A stretch of 64,000 nt of DNA from Gammaproteobacteria bacterium (GCA_015488885.1 WFMW01000018.1:888-64887); one strand, 5' to 3'; shown: positions 29,905-40,164, numbered from the stretch's first letter. Notes: generated by a model from the letters alone, not told the origin. Numbers and translations are program-made.

Positions 29905-30674
29905 TCACATACTCCAATTGAATCACTGCTACAACGTTTATAATTTGACCAGATGGTACCTTTCAAAACAGCCTGTTTGAATATAGATTCTTCAATTCTA
30001 GCATCTCGAAATGAAGCCTGCGCTAAACTGGCATGACTGAAATCTGTATATCGGCAATTGCTACCATCAAATACTGCCTTATCAAGCATAGCGGCCTGAA
30101 AATTTGCCGACAGCAGACGAGCACCTGTTAATACTGCATTTAACATTTTTGCATGGCTAAAAACCGCCCGTGTTAAGTTTGCCTGTTCAAAGTCAGATTG
30201 CTGTAAGTCAGCTGCTGAAAAATTGGCCTGTTTTAGTTGTGACTGGTAAAAATTAGCCCCTTTCAAATGTGCCCGAATAAAAACTGTTTGATTAAGCTGT
30301 GCGCGTGCAAACCTGGTTTTTTGCAGATAAGCACCACTGAAATTAGCTGAATTTGCTTTAGCAGCGATCAGGATTGCCTTATTCATCCATACACGGCTGA
30401 AGTTTGCTTTTTCCAGTTTGGCAAAACTAAGATCTACTCTGGCCATTTGTGCCCCGGTAAGATTTGCCCCACTCAGATTAATACCCGTCAGTGTGGCTTC
30501 AGTCAGGTCAGCTGATGCCAGATTAAGCCCGGCTTTATCACAATTACTCCAGTTAACGCGGGGAGCAGGTTTATCATTACAGGCTGCATACACATAAGAC
30601 TGGCACTGTCCCGTAGCCAGCAAAAAAACGATCAATGATAATTTTATAGAGGGAAAAACCCTGTTTTTTCTCAT
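29901..30674 (-). CDS. Secreted pentapeptide-repeat protein
   Basis: Signal peptide; A(D/N)(L/F)xx repeats throughout; Cys caps (CNDKPAPRVNWSNC; C-terminal CSSDSIGVC). Confidence 0.92.
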   Translation of the reverse strand: MRKNRVFPSIKLSLIVFLLATGQCQSYVYAACNDKPAPRVNWSNCDKAGLNLASADLTEATLTGINLSGANLTGAQMARVDLSFAKLEKANFSRVWMNKAILIAAKANSANFSGAYLQKTRFARAQLNQTVFIRAHLKGANFYQSQLKQANFSAADLQQSDFEQANLTRAVFSHAKMLNAVLTGARLLSANFQAAMLDKAVFDGSNCRYTDFSHASLAQASFRDARIEESIFKQAVLKGTIWSNYKRCSSDSIGVCE

Positions 30675-30690
30675 AATTTATATAAAAACC

Positions 30691-30717
30691 TAATTAAAAC
30701 TGATTACTTGCCGATAA
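30691..30717 (+). promoter_or_regulatory. Possible sigma28 (FliA) promoter for the ccp-DAHL operon
   Basis: TAAT-N15-GCCGATAA (perfect -10, 3/4 -35). Confidence 0.45.
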
Positions 30718-30835
30718 ACTCCAGAAGAAGATGATTTTACTCAGATGATTTTACTCAATTGAACATAAAGATTCAGTTATTTATTACTGGCATGCAAGCA
30801 TGCTCTTATTGAGGCAATATAAATAGTGGTACTGT

Positions 30836-31828
30836 ATGAATAATTTGATGTATATATTAACAAATAAACTAGCCTGGCTGTTATACATGATGGTATTGAT
30901 TTATACCTTTATTTATACCTTTAATTGTGAAGCAGATCCTCTTGTCGCTTTACCGTTATCAACATCAAAAGCATTAAACATGGACAAGGTTAAGTTAGGT
31001 GGAAAATTATTTAATAATAAAGCCCTGCTAAAAGCTAAATCAAGCTGTGCAAGTTGCCACCAGCTGTCTCAGGGGGGTGATAGTGGGCATCAAAAAGATA
31101 TGTCACATGGACAATTTTCCTATTTAATTAATACGCCAAGTATTTTTAATGTCCGCTACAATTTCAGACAGGACTGGGATGGATCTGATCATTCACTTAA
31201 AAGTCAGCTTGAAAAAATATTTAATAATCCAGCTCTGGTAGATAATCAGCATTTAATTATCCGTCGATTAAAACAGGATGCTGAAATTAATGCCAGCTTT
31301 AATCATATTTACAGACAGGGAATAACTATTGCAACTATCATTGACAGCCTTGTGGAATTCGAAAAATCACTGGTTACACCCAATTCCAGGTTTGACCAGT
31401 ACCTAAATGGAAACAAACATGCATTAACGGATGATGAAATAGCTGGCTATCATCTTTTCAGGGAGCTGGGATGTGTTTCATGTCATCAGGGTATCAATAT
31501 TGGGGGAAATTTATTCCAGAAATTCGGTATTTTTTATAATTATCTAGCGCAACGCGGCCATATTAACCATGCAGACTATGGAAGATTCAATATTACCGGC
31601 CGAAAAATGGATAAATTTGTTTTTAAGGTGCCATCATTACGTAATGTGGCAGTTACCGCACCCTATTTACACGATGGCAGTGCAAAAACACTGGAACAGG
31701 CAATATTGATAGTCGGTCGTACGCAACTTGGTAGAAATCTTGATACCTATCAGATCCATCTGTTAAAAACATTTCTGTTAACACTCACCGGTCAATACAA
31801 TAATAGATTTCTGGTTGATGATCAATGA
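30836..31828 (+). CDS. Di-haem cytochrome c peroxidase/MauG-family protein, catalytically divergent
   Basis: CASCH, CVSCH, NTPSIFN, WDG, FKVPSLRNVAVTAPYLHDG; NPALV where peroxidases have NPxEM, IVG where they have IMG. Confidence 0.9.
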   Translation: MNNLMYILTNKLAWLLYMMVLIYTFIYTFNCEADPLVALPLSTSKALNMDKVKLGGKLFNNKALLKAKSSCASCHQLSQGGDSGHQKDMSHGQFSYLINTPSIFNVRYNFRQDWDGSDHSLKSQLEKIFNNPALVDNQHLIIRRLKQDAEINASFNHIYRQGITIATIIDSLVEFEKSLVTPNSRFDQYLNGNKHALTDDEIAGYHLFRELGCVSCHQGINIGGNLFQKFGIFYNYLAQRGHINHADYGRFNITGRKMDKFVFKVPSLRNVAVTAPYLHDGSAKTLEQAILIVGRTQLGRNLDTYQIHLLKTFLLTLTGQYNNRFLVDDQ

Positions 31829-34800
31829 ATATAAAAAGAAAAGTAAATCATTGGACGGGTATTATTCTGCTGATTTCAGTAATATGTTTTTTATTTTATA
31901 AAAGCGTATTAAATGAAACCCCATTTTCAGATGCACTCAATTCAATAGAAATCATTAATAATTTACAGGTTCAACTACATCGTGATTTATTGAGATACAG
32001 AAATAACCAGATACAGCAATATGATTTACTCAATAATACAATCAGTAAGTTACGCCAGCATATAAATGCTATGCTGAAAAACAAGGTTATGCAAACCAGT
32101 ATATCACCATACAAACTCGATTCATTAAACACCTGTATACATAACGAAGAAAAACTCATTGAAGATTTTAAAACCCATCTTTCAATTGTAAAAAATTCGC
32201 TATCCTATCTATACAAAGCGGCAAATACGATATATTCCGAAGAAAACCTGTATAAAAAAATACCCACAGACAATACTTCTTCCGAATTAATTACTTTATT
32301 ACTGGAATACAATAACAACCCAAAAACAAGTATCGCCAAAAGAATCTATCCGCTTATCGACCATTTAAATCATAACCCTGATATTGACACAAATTCATTG
32401 ATTATCCATAGTTTGTTAATGATTGAGAGACTACCCGTTATCGACAATATATTAAATAATTTCAACACATTAAATACAGAGAAACAAATTATTAATATAA
32501 AAAATACAATCATCAAACTACAGAAAAAACAAAATGAACAATCGCATATTTATAACAGTCTGCTATTTCTTTTTAGTTTTTTTCTTATCGGATATATCGC
32601 CTATATTTTTATTCGCCTGAGGAAAAACAGGCTGCACTTATCGACTATAAATAATCGATTAAATAATGAAGTCAAACAACGCACACAAACTGAAAACGCA
32701 CTCTACAAACTTGTTGAAATAGATGACATAAATAATAATGAAGATGATGATATTAAAAACCTGTTAAATGCTATCTGTAATGCATTAAATGTATGTTGTG
32801 CTTACATAAGCCTTATTGATAAATCAGAAAAAAATGGTGAGATCGTTGGGATTGTATGCAATCATACTTATTCTACCAATATACCTTTTAAGCTTAGGGG
32901 CACCCCATGTGAAGATGTGATGAAAAAAGACAGACTGGTATTTAATAAAGATATCCAAAAATATTATCCAGACTGGGATTTTAACTACCTTTCATCACCA
33001 GAAGGCTATATAGGCGTTTCACTTAATGATAAAAATAGAAAGATATATGGTTTATTAACCGTTGTTGATAATAAAGAAATATTTGATACTGTACTGATGG
33101 AAGGGATTTTAGGTTTAGCAGCTCCCAGAGCTATTATTGAGTTACATAAACAAATTGAATCAAACAATACTTTACGTTATCAACGTGGTCTAAAACTGAT
33201 TGATGAGTGGATAGTAAAGATTATCAGTAATGGTTTTAACCAGAAAAAGTTCTATGAGAATATCTGTATTGCAGCCAGTGAAATTACGCAATCTCAATTA
33301 GCGGTATTTCCAGTTATTAAAAAATCAGTACACGAATGCTATTTTATTTCCGCAGCAGGAATAGATGCTAATCAACTGTATAATACCCGCCTGCCGCTTA
33401 AAGCTGATGGTTTATGTGCATGGACAATAAATAACAACAGCAATTTGTTGCTTAATAATCTTGATACTGATCCAAGAACAGAACAGATATTTATAGATAA
33501 TATTAAAATGAAATCTGCTTTATTTACACCTGTCAGCATAAAAGGTGATCCTTATGGTGCCATTGGTGTTTTCAGAAATAATCAGGATTTTGATACAATT
33601 GATGAACAACTTATTACCCAGTTCAGCCAGAGCGTACAAATGGCTATTATTAATATGCAACTGGTTAATGACGTTCAATCTGAACGTGAACGCGCAGAAG
33701 TTACTCTACATTCAATTGCTGATGCAGTTATAACCACGAATATTAACGGCAATATTGAATATATGAACCAGGCTGCAGAAACAATAACTGCCTGGAAATT
33801 TGAAGATATAAAAAATAAGGCAATACAGGATATTTTTCGTATTCTTGATATTGATACACGTGAACCTTTTCATGATATTGTTAAATCATGTCTTAACGAA
33901 GGCATAAGTATCAATAAAAGTAAACTTATCCTGCTTACCAGAAACGATAATGAAAAAGATATTGAAAGTTCAATATCACCTATCTTAAATTCGTCCGGTC
34001 AGGTTGAGGGAATTGTTATTGTCTTTCATGATGAAACTCAGCGTCGCCAGCTTGAAAATACCATTATACACCAGGCTTCACATGACCCGCTTACCGATTT
34101 GTTAAATCGTGCTTCATTTGATCAGGAATTAAACAGACACGTCTTTGATGTAAGAAATTCGGACAGGATACATATATTATGTTATCTTGATCTGGATCGT
34201 TTTAAACTGGTCAATGACACAGCCGGACACTGCGCAGGTGATCAGTGTCTGATTGAAATTGCATCGCTTATTCAGTTATCAACCCGCGGTGATGATATCT
34301 TTGCACGCCTGGGCGGTGATGAATTCGGCCTTATTCTAAGAAACTGTAATATTGATGCAGCAGTTAAAATAACAAATAATATTATCAATGCGGTAAAATC
34401 ATTCCAGTTTAACTGGGATGCCTGTGATTACAATCTTGGCGTCAGTATTGGTATTGTTCCCATCAGTCAATCCACAAAAGATCCGGCAGAAGCGATACGT
34501 AAAGCAGACCTGGCCTGTTATACGGCAAAAGATCAGGGACGTGGGCAGGTTTATGTTTATGAGGAACAGGATAATGAACTTATCAAACGCCAGAAGGAAG
34601 CATATTGGGCCAGTCGTATGCGTGAGGTGCTGGATAATGATCGTATTAAATTATATGCCCAACCTATTGTACCATTAAGTAATAAACTCCCGCAGAGCAG
34701 ACATTTTGAAATACTGGTGCGTCTGGTTGATGAGAATAAACAGCTTATTCAGCCAGATGCGTTCATTCCCGCAGCTGAACGATATAACCTGATGCATGAT

Positions 34801-35418
34801 ATAGATAAGCGTATCATACACGACACTTTTAAATTTATCAGCGAGCAAAAAACGGTCTGTAATAATAGCCAGTTTTCAATCAATCTTTCAGGTAATTCAC
34901 TTAGCGAAGGTGATATCGCTGCTTATATTGAATTATTACTTAACCAGTATGATATTAACGCCAGAAAGATCTGTTTTGAAATAACAGAAACTGCGGCAAT
35001 AAAAAACATGAAAACCACCATGCAGTTAATCAGAAAATTAAAATCCATTGGTTGTCAGTTTGCACTGGATGATTTTGGTACAGGTCTGTCATCATTTCAG
35101 TACCTGAAGAATATGCATGTTGACTACCTTAAAATAGACGGCAGCTTTGTGCATGATATGGTAAATAATAAAATCGATCAGGCAATGGTTGCTGCTATTA
35201 ATCAGGTTGGCCATATTATGGGAATAAAAACTATTGCCGAATATGTTGAGAATGATGATATTATCCATATACTTAAACAACTTAATGTTGATTATGCTCA
35301 AGGATATGGCATTAAAAAACCTCAGCCACTGGCTGATTTTTTTGTCGGAGCTGAAAAAAGAACTGCCATCAATATTCAACCAGCACCTACGCTCAAACTG
35401 GTTAAAAATAAATCTTGA
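31825..35418 (+). CDS. Membrane DAHL-GAF-GAF-PAS-GGDEF-EAL signalling protein
   Basis: TM, RDLLRYR..YDLL..EDFK..NSLSYL (DAHL-like), TM; GTPC-type GAF; second GAF; PAS (TLHSIADAVITT); RGDD I-site plus GGDEF; EIL, DDFGTG, AEYVE; ATGA overlap with the upstream gene. Confidence 0.9.
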   Translation: MNIKRKVNHWTGIILLISVICFLFYKSVLNETPFSDALNSIEIINNLQVQLHRDLLRYRNNQIQQYDLLNNTISKLRQHINAMLKNKVMQTSISPYKLDSLNTCIHNEEKLIEDFKTHLSIVKNSLSYLYKAANTIYSEENLYKKIPTDNTSSELITLLLEYNNNPKTSIAKRIYPLIDHLNHNPDIDTNSLIIHSLLMIERLPVIDNILNNFNTLNTEKQIINIKNTIIKLQKKQNEQSHIYNSLLFLFSFFLIGYIAYIFIRLRKNRLHLSTINNRLNNEVKQRTQTENALYKLVEIDDINNNEDDDIKNLLNAICNALNVCCAYISLIDKSEKNGEIVGIVCNHTYSTNIPFKLRGTPCEDVMKKDRLVFNKDIQKYYPDWDFNYLSSPEGYIGVSLNDKNRKIYGLLTVVDNKEIFDTVLMEGILGLAAPRAIIELHKQIESNNTLRYQRGLKLIDEWIVKIISNGFNQKKFYENICIAASEITQSQLAVFPVIKKSVHECYFISAAGIDANQLYNTRLPLKADGLCAWTINNNSNLLLNNLDTDPRTEQIFIDNIKMKSALFTPVSIKGDPYGAIGVFRNNQDFDTIDEQLITQFSQSVQMAIINMQLVNDVQSERERAEVTLHSIADAVITTNINGNIEYMNQAAETITAWKFEDIKNKAIQDIFRILDIDTREPFHDIVKSCLNEGISINKSKLILLTRNDNEKDIESSISPILNSSGQVEGIVIVFHDETQRRQLENTIIHQASHDPLTDLLNRASFDQELNRHVFDVRNSDRIHILCYLDLDRFKLVNDTAGHCAGDQCLIEIASLIQLSTRGDDIFARLGGDEFGLILRNCNIDAAVKITNNIINAVKSFQFNWDACDYNLGVSIGIVPISQSTKDPAEAIRKADLACYTAKDQGRGQVYVYEEQDNELIKRQKEAYWASRMREVLDNDRIKLYAQPIVPLSNKLPQSRHFEILVRLVDENKQLIQPDAFIPAAERYNLMHDIDKRIIHDTFKFISEQKTVCNNSQFSINLSGNSLSEGDIAAYIELLLNQYDINARKICFEITETAAIKNMKTTMQLIRKLKSIGCQFALDDFGTGLSSFQYLKNMHVDYLKIDGSFVHDMVNNKIDQAMVAAINQVGHIMGIKTIAEYVENDDIIHILKQLNVDYAQGYGIKKPQPLADFFVGAEKRTAINIQPAPTLKLVKNKS

Positions 35419-35557
35419 TGGATGAATCAGTCTGGTAATGGTAAAATTCACCACTGGTGATAAACCCCACTGCATCACTACTGGAGTAATATCTGTCATC
35501 ATAATATTTTCTGAATAGTTTCCAGAATTCATAAACACATTATAAAACATCATCACT

Positions 35558-36277
35558 ATGTCACTTGAAAATAAAACTCTGTTAATTACCGGGGCCAGCG
35601 ATGGTATCGGCAAAGCTGTCTCGATGCGTGCTGCTGCACAAGGTGCTACTGTTATAATCCATGGCAGAAACCAGCCTAAACTTGAAAAATTATATGATGA
35701 TATTGTTGCACAGAATTACCCTGAACCCGTTATTTACCCCCTTGATCTGGAAAAGGCGACGCCAGACGACTTCGGCACTATGCAACAGGCAATTGAAAAA
35801 GAATTTGGCGAACTTGATGGATTGATCAATAATGCCGGCTGGTTTGGTGCTTCGACACCAGTGCAGCATTTTGATGTTTCACTCTGGCACCGTGTTATAC
35901 AGGTTAATCTCAATGCTGCATTTATGCTTACCCAGGCATGTTTGCCCTTATTAAACAGAGCCAGCGAAGCATCAATTATTTTTACGGTTGATAATAAAAG
36001 CACGGCTTACTGGGGCGCTTATGGTGTCGCCAAGGCCGGGCTGATAGCCTTTATGCAGATTCTTAATGACGAAACTGAAAATACCGGTATTCGTGTTAAT
36101 GCAATAAACCCGGGGACGATAAGAACCTCTTTTAGAAGCCGTGCTTTTCCCGGTGAAGACCCTGGGCAGCACCCTCTTCCAGAAACCGTCGCACCCTTTT
36201 ATATACGCCTGCTGGGCGATGAGTTTAAAACCAGCCGAGGCAGAATTTTTGAGTTAGAAAAAATGGATTCAAAATAG
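35558..36277 (+). CDS. yciK: YciK-like short-chain dehydrogenase
   Basis: LITGASDGIG, NNAG, YWGAYGVAK, RAFPGED; yciK neighbourhood. Confidence 0.8.
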   Translation: MSLENKTLLITGASDGIGKAVSMRAAAQGATVIIHGRNQPKLEKLYDDIVAQNYPEPVIYPLDLEKATPDDFGTMQQAIEKEFGELDGLINNAGWFGASTPVQHFDVSLWHRVIQVNLNAAFMLTQACLPLLNRASEASIIFTVDNKSTAYWGAYGVAKAGLIAFMQILNDETENTGIRVNAINPGTIRTSFRSRAFPGEDPGQHPLPETVAPFYIRLLGDEFKTSRGRIFELEKMDSK

Positions 36278-36430
36278 ATAATTCAAAATAGGTAGAGGGA
36301 CGCAAACTAATATTCCCTCACTACGGTTTTACTGGTTCCCACGCTCTGCGCGGCCACCCAATACCTTAGTTAGACTTTTCCCGCTCAGGAATGACGATAA
36401 AATATAAAGAGACCTTTTGTTCAATACGCC

Positions 36431-37489
36431 CTATTCCATTAGATTAATTTTAACACCCTGTTTCCGTAAGCGGTTAGCCCTGCTTTCTACATAACGCTGA
36501 AAATTGGCTTGTGTTTTATAACTGTTTGATGATATATAATCCATGACCGATTGTGTATGAAAGGCTTTAAGATAGGCGTCGGTACGAAAGACCTCCTTGC
36601 CATGTGCATCAAAATAAAGCATAGCAGGTACAAAATTAATGTTCTTTTTACTTGCCCATTCTCTAACTGTCGCGCTCGCGCCGTCAGGGGTAATAATCCT
36701 TTTATTTGACCACCTGTCCAGCACTACAATATTAAAATGCTTTAATAGTTTTTTACTGATAGCACGTTGTAAAACATCCTGATGTAATTTATCACAGGCT
36801 GCACATTGCTTCTGTTCAAACATCACCAGCAGGTGTTTGTTCTTACTTAAGGCCTGCTGCAGGTTGTTTGGGTTTGATATATTTGTCAGTTTTGAATGCA
36901 ATTTACCCGTTGCCGCTTCCGGTGAAACGTTTGCCAGATAATCAAGGAAAGATAATCGGGATTCTTTGTGTTGGCCGATATAATCGAGTACCACATTAAA
37001 TTTTTCAGGTAAGTAATAACCATTTTCACGAAATACTGCCTTATGTTTTTCATTGAAAAAAATCAGGGTTGGCGTGTACTGCACCTTTAGAGCTTCAGCA
37101 AATTTCTTTTCAGTATAAGTATGATTACCCACCGTTACTTCCCGATCCCCCCATATATTGATCGCAATAACATCAAAATATTTCTGTGTTTTTTCTACAA
37201 TATTACGTTGGGTGAAATTATCTTCCAGTAATTTTTTACAGTAGGGACATCCATCCTGATAAAAAAAAAGTATTACCCGTTTGTGGTTTTCAGTGGCTTC
37301 ATCAATATCCTCAAACAGGTTAAGAAAACTGACTTTGAACCAGCCGGGTTGTTGCTCGTGACCGGGGTTTTCCAGGGCTGGTGTTAATGAACCTTCCTGC
37401 CTGGCCTGTGTTGAGAAATTAACCAGCATTAAAAATAACACGCATATGACAGGTGGGGAAAAATGACTTATAAATGTTGGCTTTTTCAT
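36431..37489 (-). CDS. soxW: SoxW-family tandem thioredoxin
   Basis: PGWFKVSFLNL.EDI.EA, QDGCPYC, AINIWGDREV, YTPT; second domain EQKQCAAC. Confidence 0.8.
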   Translation of the reverse strand: MKKPTFISHFSPPVICVLFLMLVNFSTQARQEGSLTPALENPGHEQQPGWFKVSFLNLFEDIDEATENHKRVILFFYQDGCPYCKKLLEDNFTQRNIVEKTQKYFDVIAINIWGDREVTVGNHTYTEKKFAEALKVQYTPTLIFFNEKHKAVFRENGYYLPEKFNVVLDYIGQHKESRLSFLDYLANVSPEAATGKLHSKLTNISNPNNLQQALSKNKHLLVMFEQKQCAACDKLHQDVLQRAISKKLLKHFNIVVLDRWSNKRIITPDGASATVREWASKKNINFVPAMLYFDAHGKEVFRTDAYLKAFHTQSVMDYISSNSYKTQANFQRYVESRANRLRKQGVKINLME

Positions 37490-37498
37490 GGTATGCGC

Positions 37499-38362
37499 CT
37501 ATCGGTGTCTTTTTTTATGGTTCTGGTTATGCCCTGTTTTTTTATGTTTTAAGCCAGTACTGACTTTTTTCAATGATCGATTTTCGCCCCATATCGATCT
37601 GCTATGCTCTACTGTTCGTTCGACCCATTGAAGATTAACCTGCTGAAATAACGTCTTGATTTCATCTAATGATAATTCAAGACGATGCTTCTGTCTTAGA
37701 CTACGTGGTAGTAAAACGTTCGCATAGCGCACACGAATCAGACGGCTGACACGTATATCCTGCGACTGCCAGATACGACGTATTTCGCGGTTTCTGCCTT
37801 CGTGTAAAATAACATGGTACCAGTGATTAGCACCCTGTCCGCCGGCATCCGTAATGCGATCAAATTTCGCCATGCCATCTTCAAGTTCTACCCCTGTCAG
37901 CAGTTGCTTCAGGATTTCTGCGGTGACTTCTCCATTAACCCGAACCGCATATTCACGTTCTACTTCGGTTGAAGGATGCATCAGGCGATTTGCCAGTTCC
38001 CCGTGATTGGTGAATAATAGTAAACCACTGGAATTAATATCCAGTCGGCCAACACATATCCAGCGGCCATGATGGGGGTCGCTCAGCCTGTCGAAAACGG
38101 TTGGCCGTCCTTTTTCATCGTTGCGTGTACAGATTTCACCTTCGGGTTTGTTGTATACCAGCACACGTATGCGTGAAGCAGCCGGGCTGATAATGACGCG
38201 CTGGCTGCCAATATTGATTTTATCTCCTTCATTAACACACGCACCTGGTTCCGCCTGCTGCCCGTTAATACGGATGTGGCCATTTTTTATCAATGCCTCA
38301 ATTTTACGGCGTGAGCCAAAACCCATACGTGCCAGTGCTTTTTGAACACGTTCTGCAGCCAT
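37499..38362 (-). CDS. rluB: 23S rRNA pseudouridine synthase B
   Basis: S4 domain; NKPEGEIC, VGRLDINSSGLLL, EGRNREIRR. Confidence 0.93.
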   Translation of the reverse strand: MAAERVQKALARMGFGSRRKIEALIKNGHIRINGQQAEPGACVNEGDKINIGSQRVIISPAASRIRVLVYNKPEGEICTRNDEKGRPTVFDRLSDPHHGRWICVGRLDINSSGLLLFTNHGELANRLMHPSTEVEREYAVRVNGEVTAEILKQLLTGVELEDGMAKFDRITDAGGQGANHWYHVILHEGRNREIRRIWQSQDIRVSRLIRVRYANVLLPRSLRQKHRLELSLDEIKTLFQQVNLQWVERTVEHSRSIWGENRSLKKVSTGLKHKKTGHNQNHKKRHR

Positions 38363-38380
38363 TTTTTTACTCCGAATTAA

Positions 38381-39094
38381 TCAGTGAAGTCGAGTTGCTG
38401 CTGGTCGAATTTTTTTATCATTTACCCTGGTTTCTGCATTGATTGTCTGCTTAATATCCACATTACTGTCTGTCAGTGAGCTGATTTCGGTTGTCTGTGT
38501 ATCTGTATCAGCCGATTCATCTACTTCAATATCCTCATTCAGGGCCAGTTCAGGATGAATGCTATCCAGATCTTTTATTTCTGCCAGGGTAGGTAACTCA
38601 TCCAGTGATTTAAGATTAAAATAATCCAGAAATTTAGCGGTGGTGCCATATAAAGCAGGTTTTCCTGGCACATCTTTATGCCCCAGTAGTTTTATCCATT
38701 CACGTTCCAGTAATGTTTTGATTATACTGGAACTAACACTGACGCCGCGAACTTCTTCAATTTCACCACGAGTAATGGGTTGTCGATAGGCGATCAGTGC
38801 AATGGTTTCCAGTAATGCACGGGTATACCGGACAGGTTTATCCTCCCATAAACGTTCAACCCATTTTACATAATCCTGCCTGACCTGCAGGCGAAAACCA
38901 CTGGCTACCTGTTTTAATTCGTAGCCGCGCTGCTGATAATCGTCAGTCATTTCGTGTAATGCCTGACGAATTTCATCACGACTAGGGCGGTCATCATCCT
39001 GTTCAAATAATGCATCCAGCTGTAATACACTTAGGTTATGCTCGCTCGCCAGTAAAACCGCTTCGAGTATTTTTTTTAATTGCTTAATCTGCAT
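38381..39094 (-). CDS. scpB: SMC-Scp complex subunit ScpB
   Basis: [42 protein letters not shown]. Confidence 0.96.
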   Translation of the reverse strand: MQIKQLKKILEAVLLASEHNLSVLQLDALFEQDDDRPSRDEIRQALHEMTDDYQQRGYELKQVASGFRLQVRQDYVKWVERLWEDKPVRYTRALLETIALIAYRQPITRGEIEEVRGVSVSSSIIKTLLEREWIKLLGHKDVPGKPALYGTTAKFLDYFNLKSLDELPTLAEIKDLDSIHPELALNEDIEVDESADTDTQTTEISSLTDSNVDIKQTINAETRVNDKKIRPAATRLH

Positions 39095-39183
39095 GTTATT
39101 ACCTGTTTGTGGTTATACCTTTATTATCCACTACTATTATCCTCTATCTGTTTTATATCATGTTCAGAGGTTTCTTAAGTCGT

Positions 39184-40044
39184 TTAACCTGGCGGTATGG
39201 TTATTTGCTGGGATGATGAAGCCGCTTTGATATGAATGGGAGCAAATGCCTCTGCCTGCACCAGATCAACCAGCTGTTCTTTTACCAGTTCGAGTATTGC
39301 CAGCAATGTCACCACCACACCACGACGACCTTCATCAATACTAAACAAGCTGGTATAGTCGGTAAAATCGTCCGCACTGATTGCCGACAGAACCCGAGTC
39401 ATACGCTCACGTACGGAAAGCGCCTCGCGTTGAATATGGTGATGACTATACATCTGTGCACGTGCCATTGCATCCTTGAACGCAAATAGCACATCCTGCA
39501 AATCAACCTCGGGCAATGGCCGTGAACAGGCTAAAACCGGAGGTTCAATCTGAGGGAGATAAATTTCACGACCAACTCTTGGCAGTTCATCAATAACCAC
39601 TGCAGCTTGCTTAAAACGTTCGTATTCCTGCAATCGACGTACCAGTTCAGCACGTGGATCATCTTCTTCTTCACTTTCAGCTGGCCGGGGCAATAACATG
39701 CGTGATTTAATTTCTGCCAGCATGGCAGCCATTAACAAATATTCTGCTGCCAGTTCAATACGCATATTCTGCATTAATTCTATATACTGCATATATTGCC
39801 GGGTGGTTTCTTCCAGAGGTATTTCCAGAATGTTCAGATTCTGCCGTTTTATCAGATAGAGCAATAAATCCAGTGGCCCCTCGAATGCCTCCAGAATGAC
39901 TTCCAGTGCATCAGGTGGAATATATAAATCCTGAGGGATGACGGTAAGCGGTTCGCCCTGCACCAGGGCAAAAGGCATTTCCACCTGCTTACTACTGGTT
40001 TCGGTGCCTGTGTGCTGAACTGAAGATTTATCTGAGATGGCCAT
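39184..40044 (-). CDS. scpA: Segregation and condensation protein ScpA
   Basis: LEAFEGPLDLLLYLI, AAEYLLMAAMLAEIKSRMLLP, LLAILEL. Confidence 0.96.
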   Translation of the reverse strand: MAISDKSSVQHTGTETSSKQVEMPFALVQGEPLTVIPQDLYIPPDALEVILEAFEGPLDLLLYLIKRQNLNILEIPLEETTRQYMQYIELMQNMRIELAAEYLLMAAMLAEIKSRMLLPRPAESEEEDDPRAELVRRLQEYERFKQAAVVIDELPRVGREIYLPQIEPPVLACSRPLPEVDLQDVLFAFKDAMARAQMYSHHHIQREALSVRERMTRVLSAISADDFTDYTSLFSIDEGRRGVVVTLLAILELVKEQLVDLVQAEAFAPIHIKAASSSQQITIPPG

Positions 40045-40050
40045 ATATAT

Positions 40051-40089
40051 TTATATTATTTATTTATATTATTTATTTATATTATTTAT
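40051..40089. repeat. Three perfect all-AT 13-mers
   Basis: TTATATTATTTAT x3, immediately upstream of the scpA start. Confidence 0.9.
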
Positions 40090-40164
40090 ATTATTTAATT
40101 ATCAGTGAAATGGATGTGAAAAATATCTGCCAGACAGGTTAAATATTCGGGTTAAATATCTAAA

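Noticed and set aside
30788-30803. TGGCATGCAAGCATGC as a sigma54 promoter
   Set aside because: GG to GC spacing is one base too long
36292-36320. GGGACGCAAA as part of a c-di-GMP-I riboswitch
   Set aside because: No GGCAAAC/GAAA P2 or P3 elements; it lies between convergent 3' ends, and the GAGGGA/TCCCTC hairpin is better read as a weak terminator
36332-36359. CTGGTTCCCACGCTCTGCG, resembling half of a REP-like palindrome
   Set aside because: Right arm degenerate and no second copy seen in the window, so it cannot be supported as a repeat
40051-40089. Three AT-rich 13-mers as an oriC unwinding element
   Set aside because: The gap is only 120 bp, has no DnaA-box cluster, and the neighbours are not origin-linked genes
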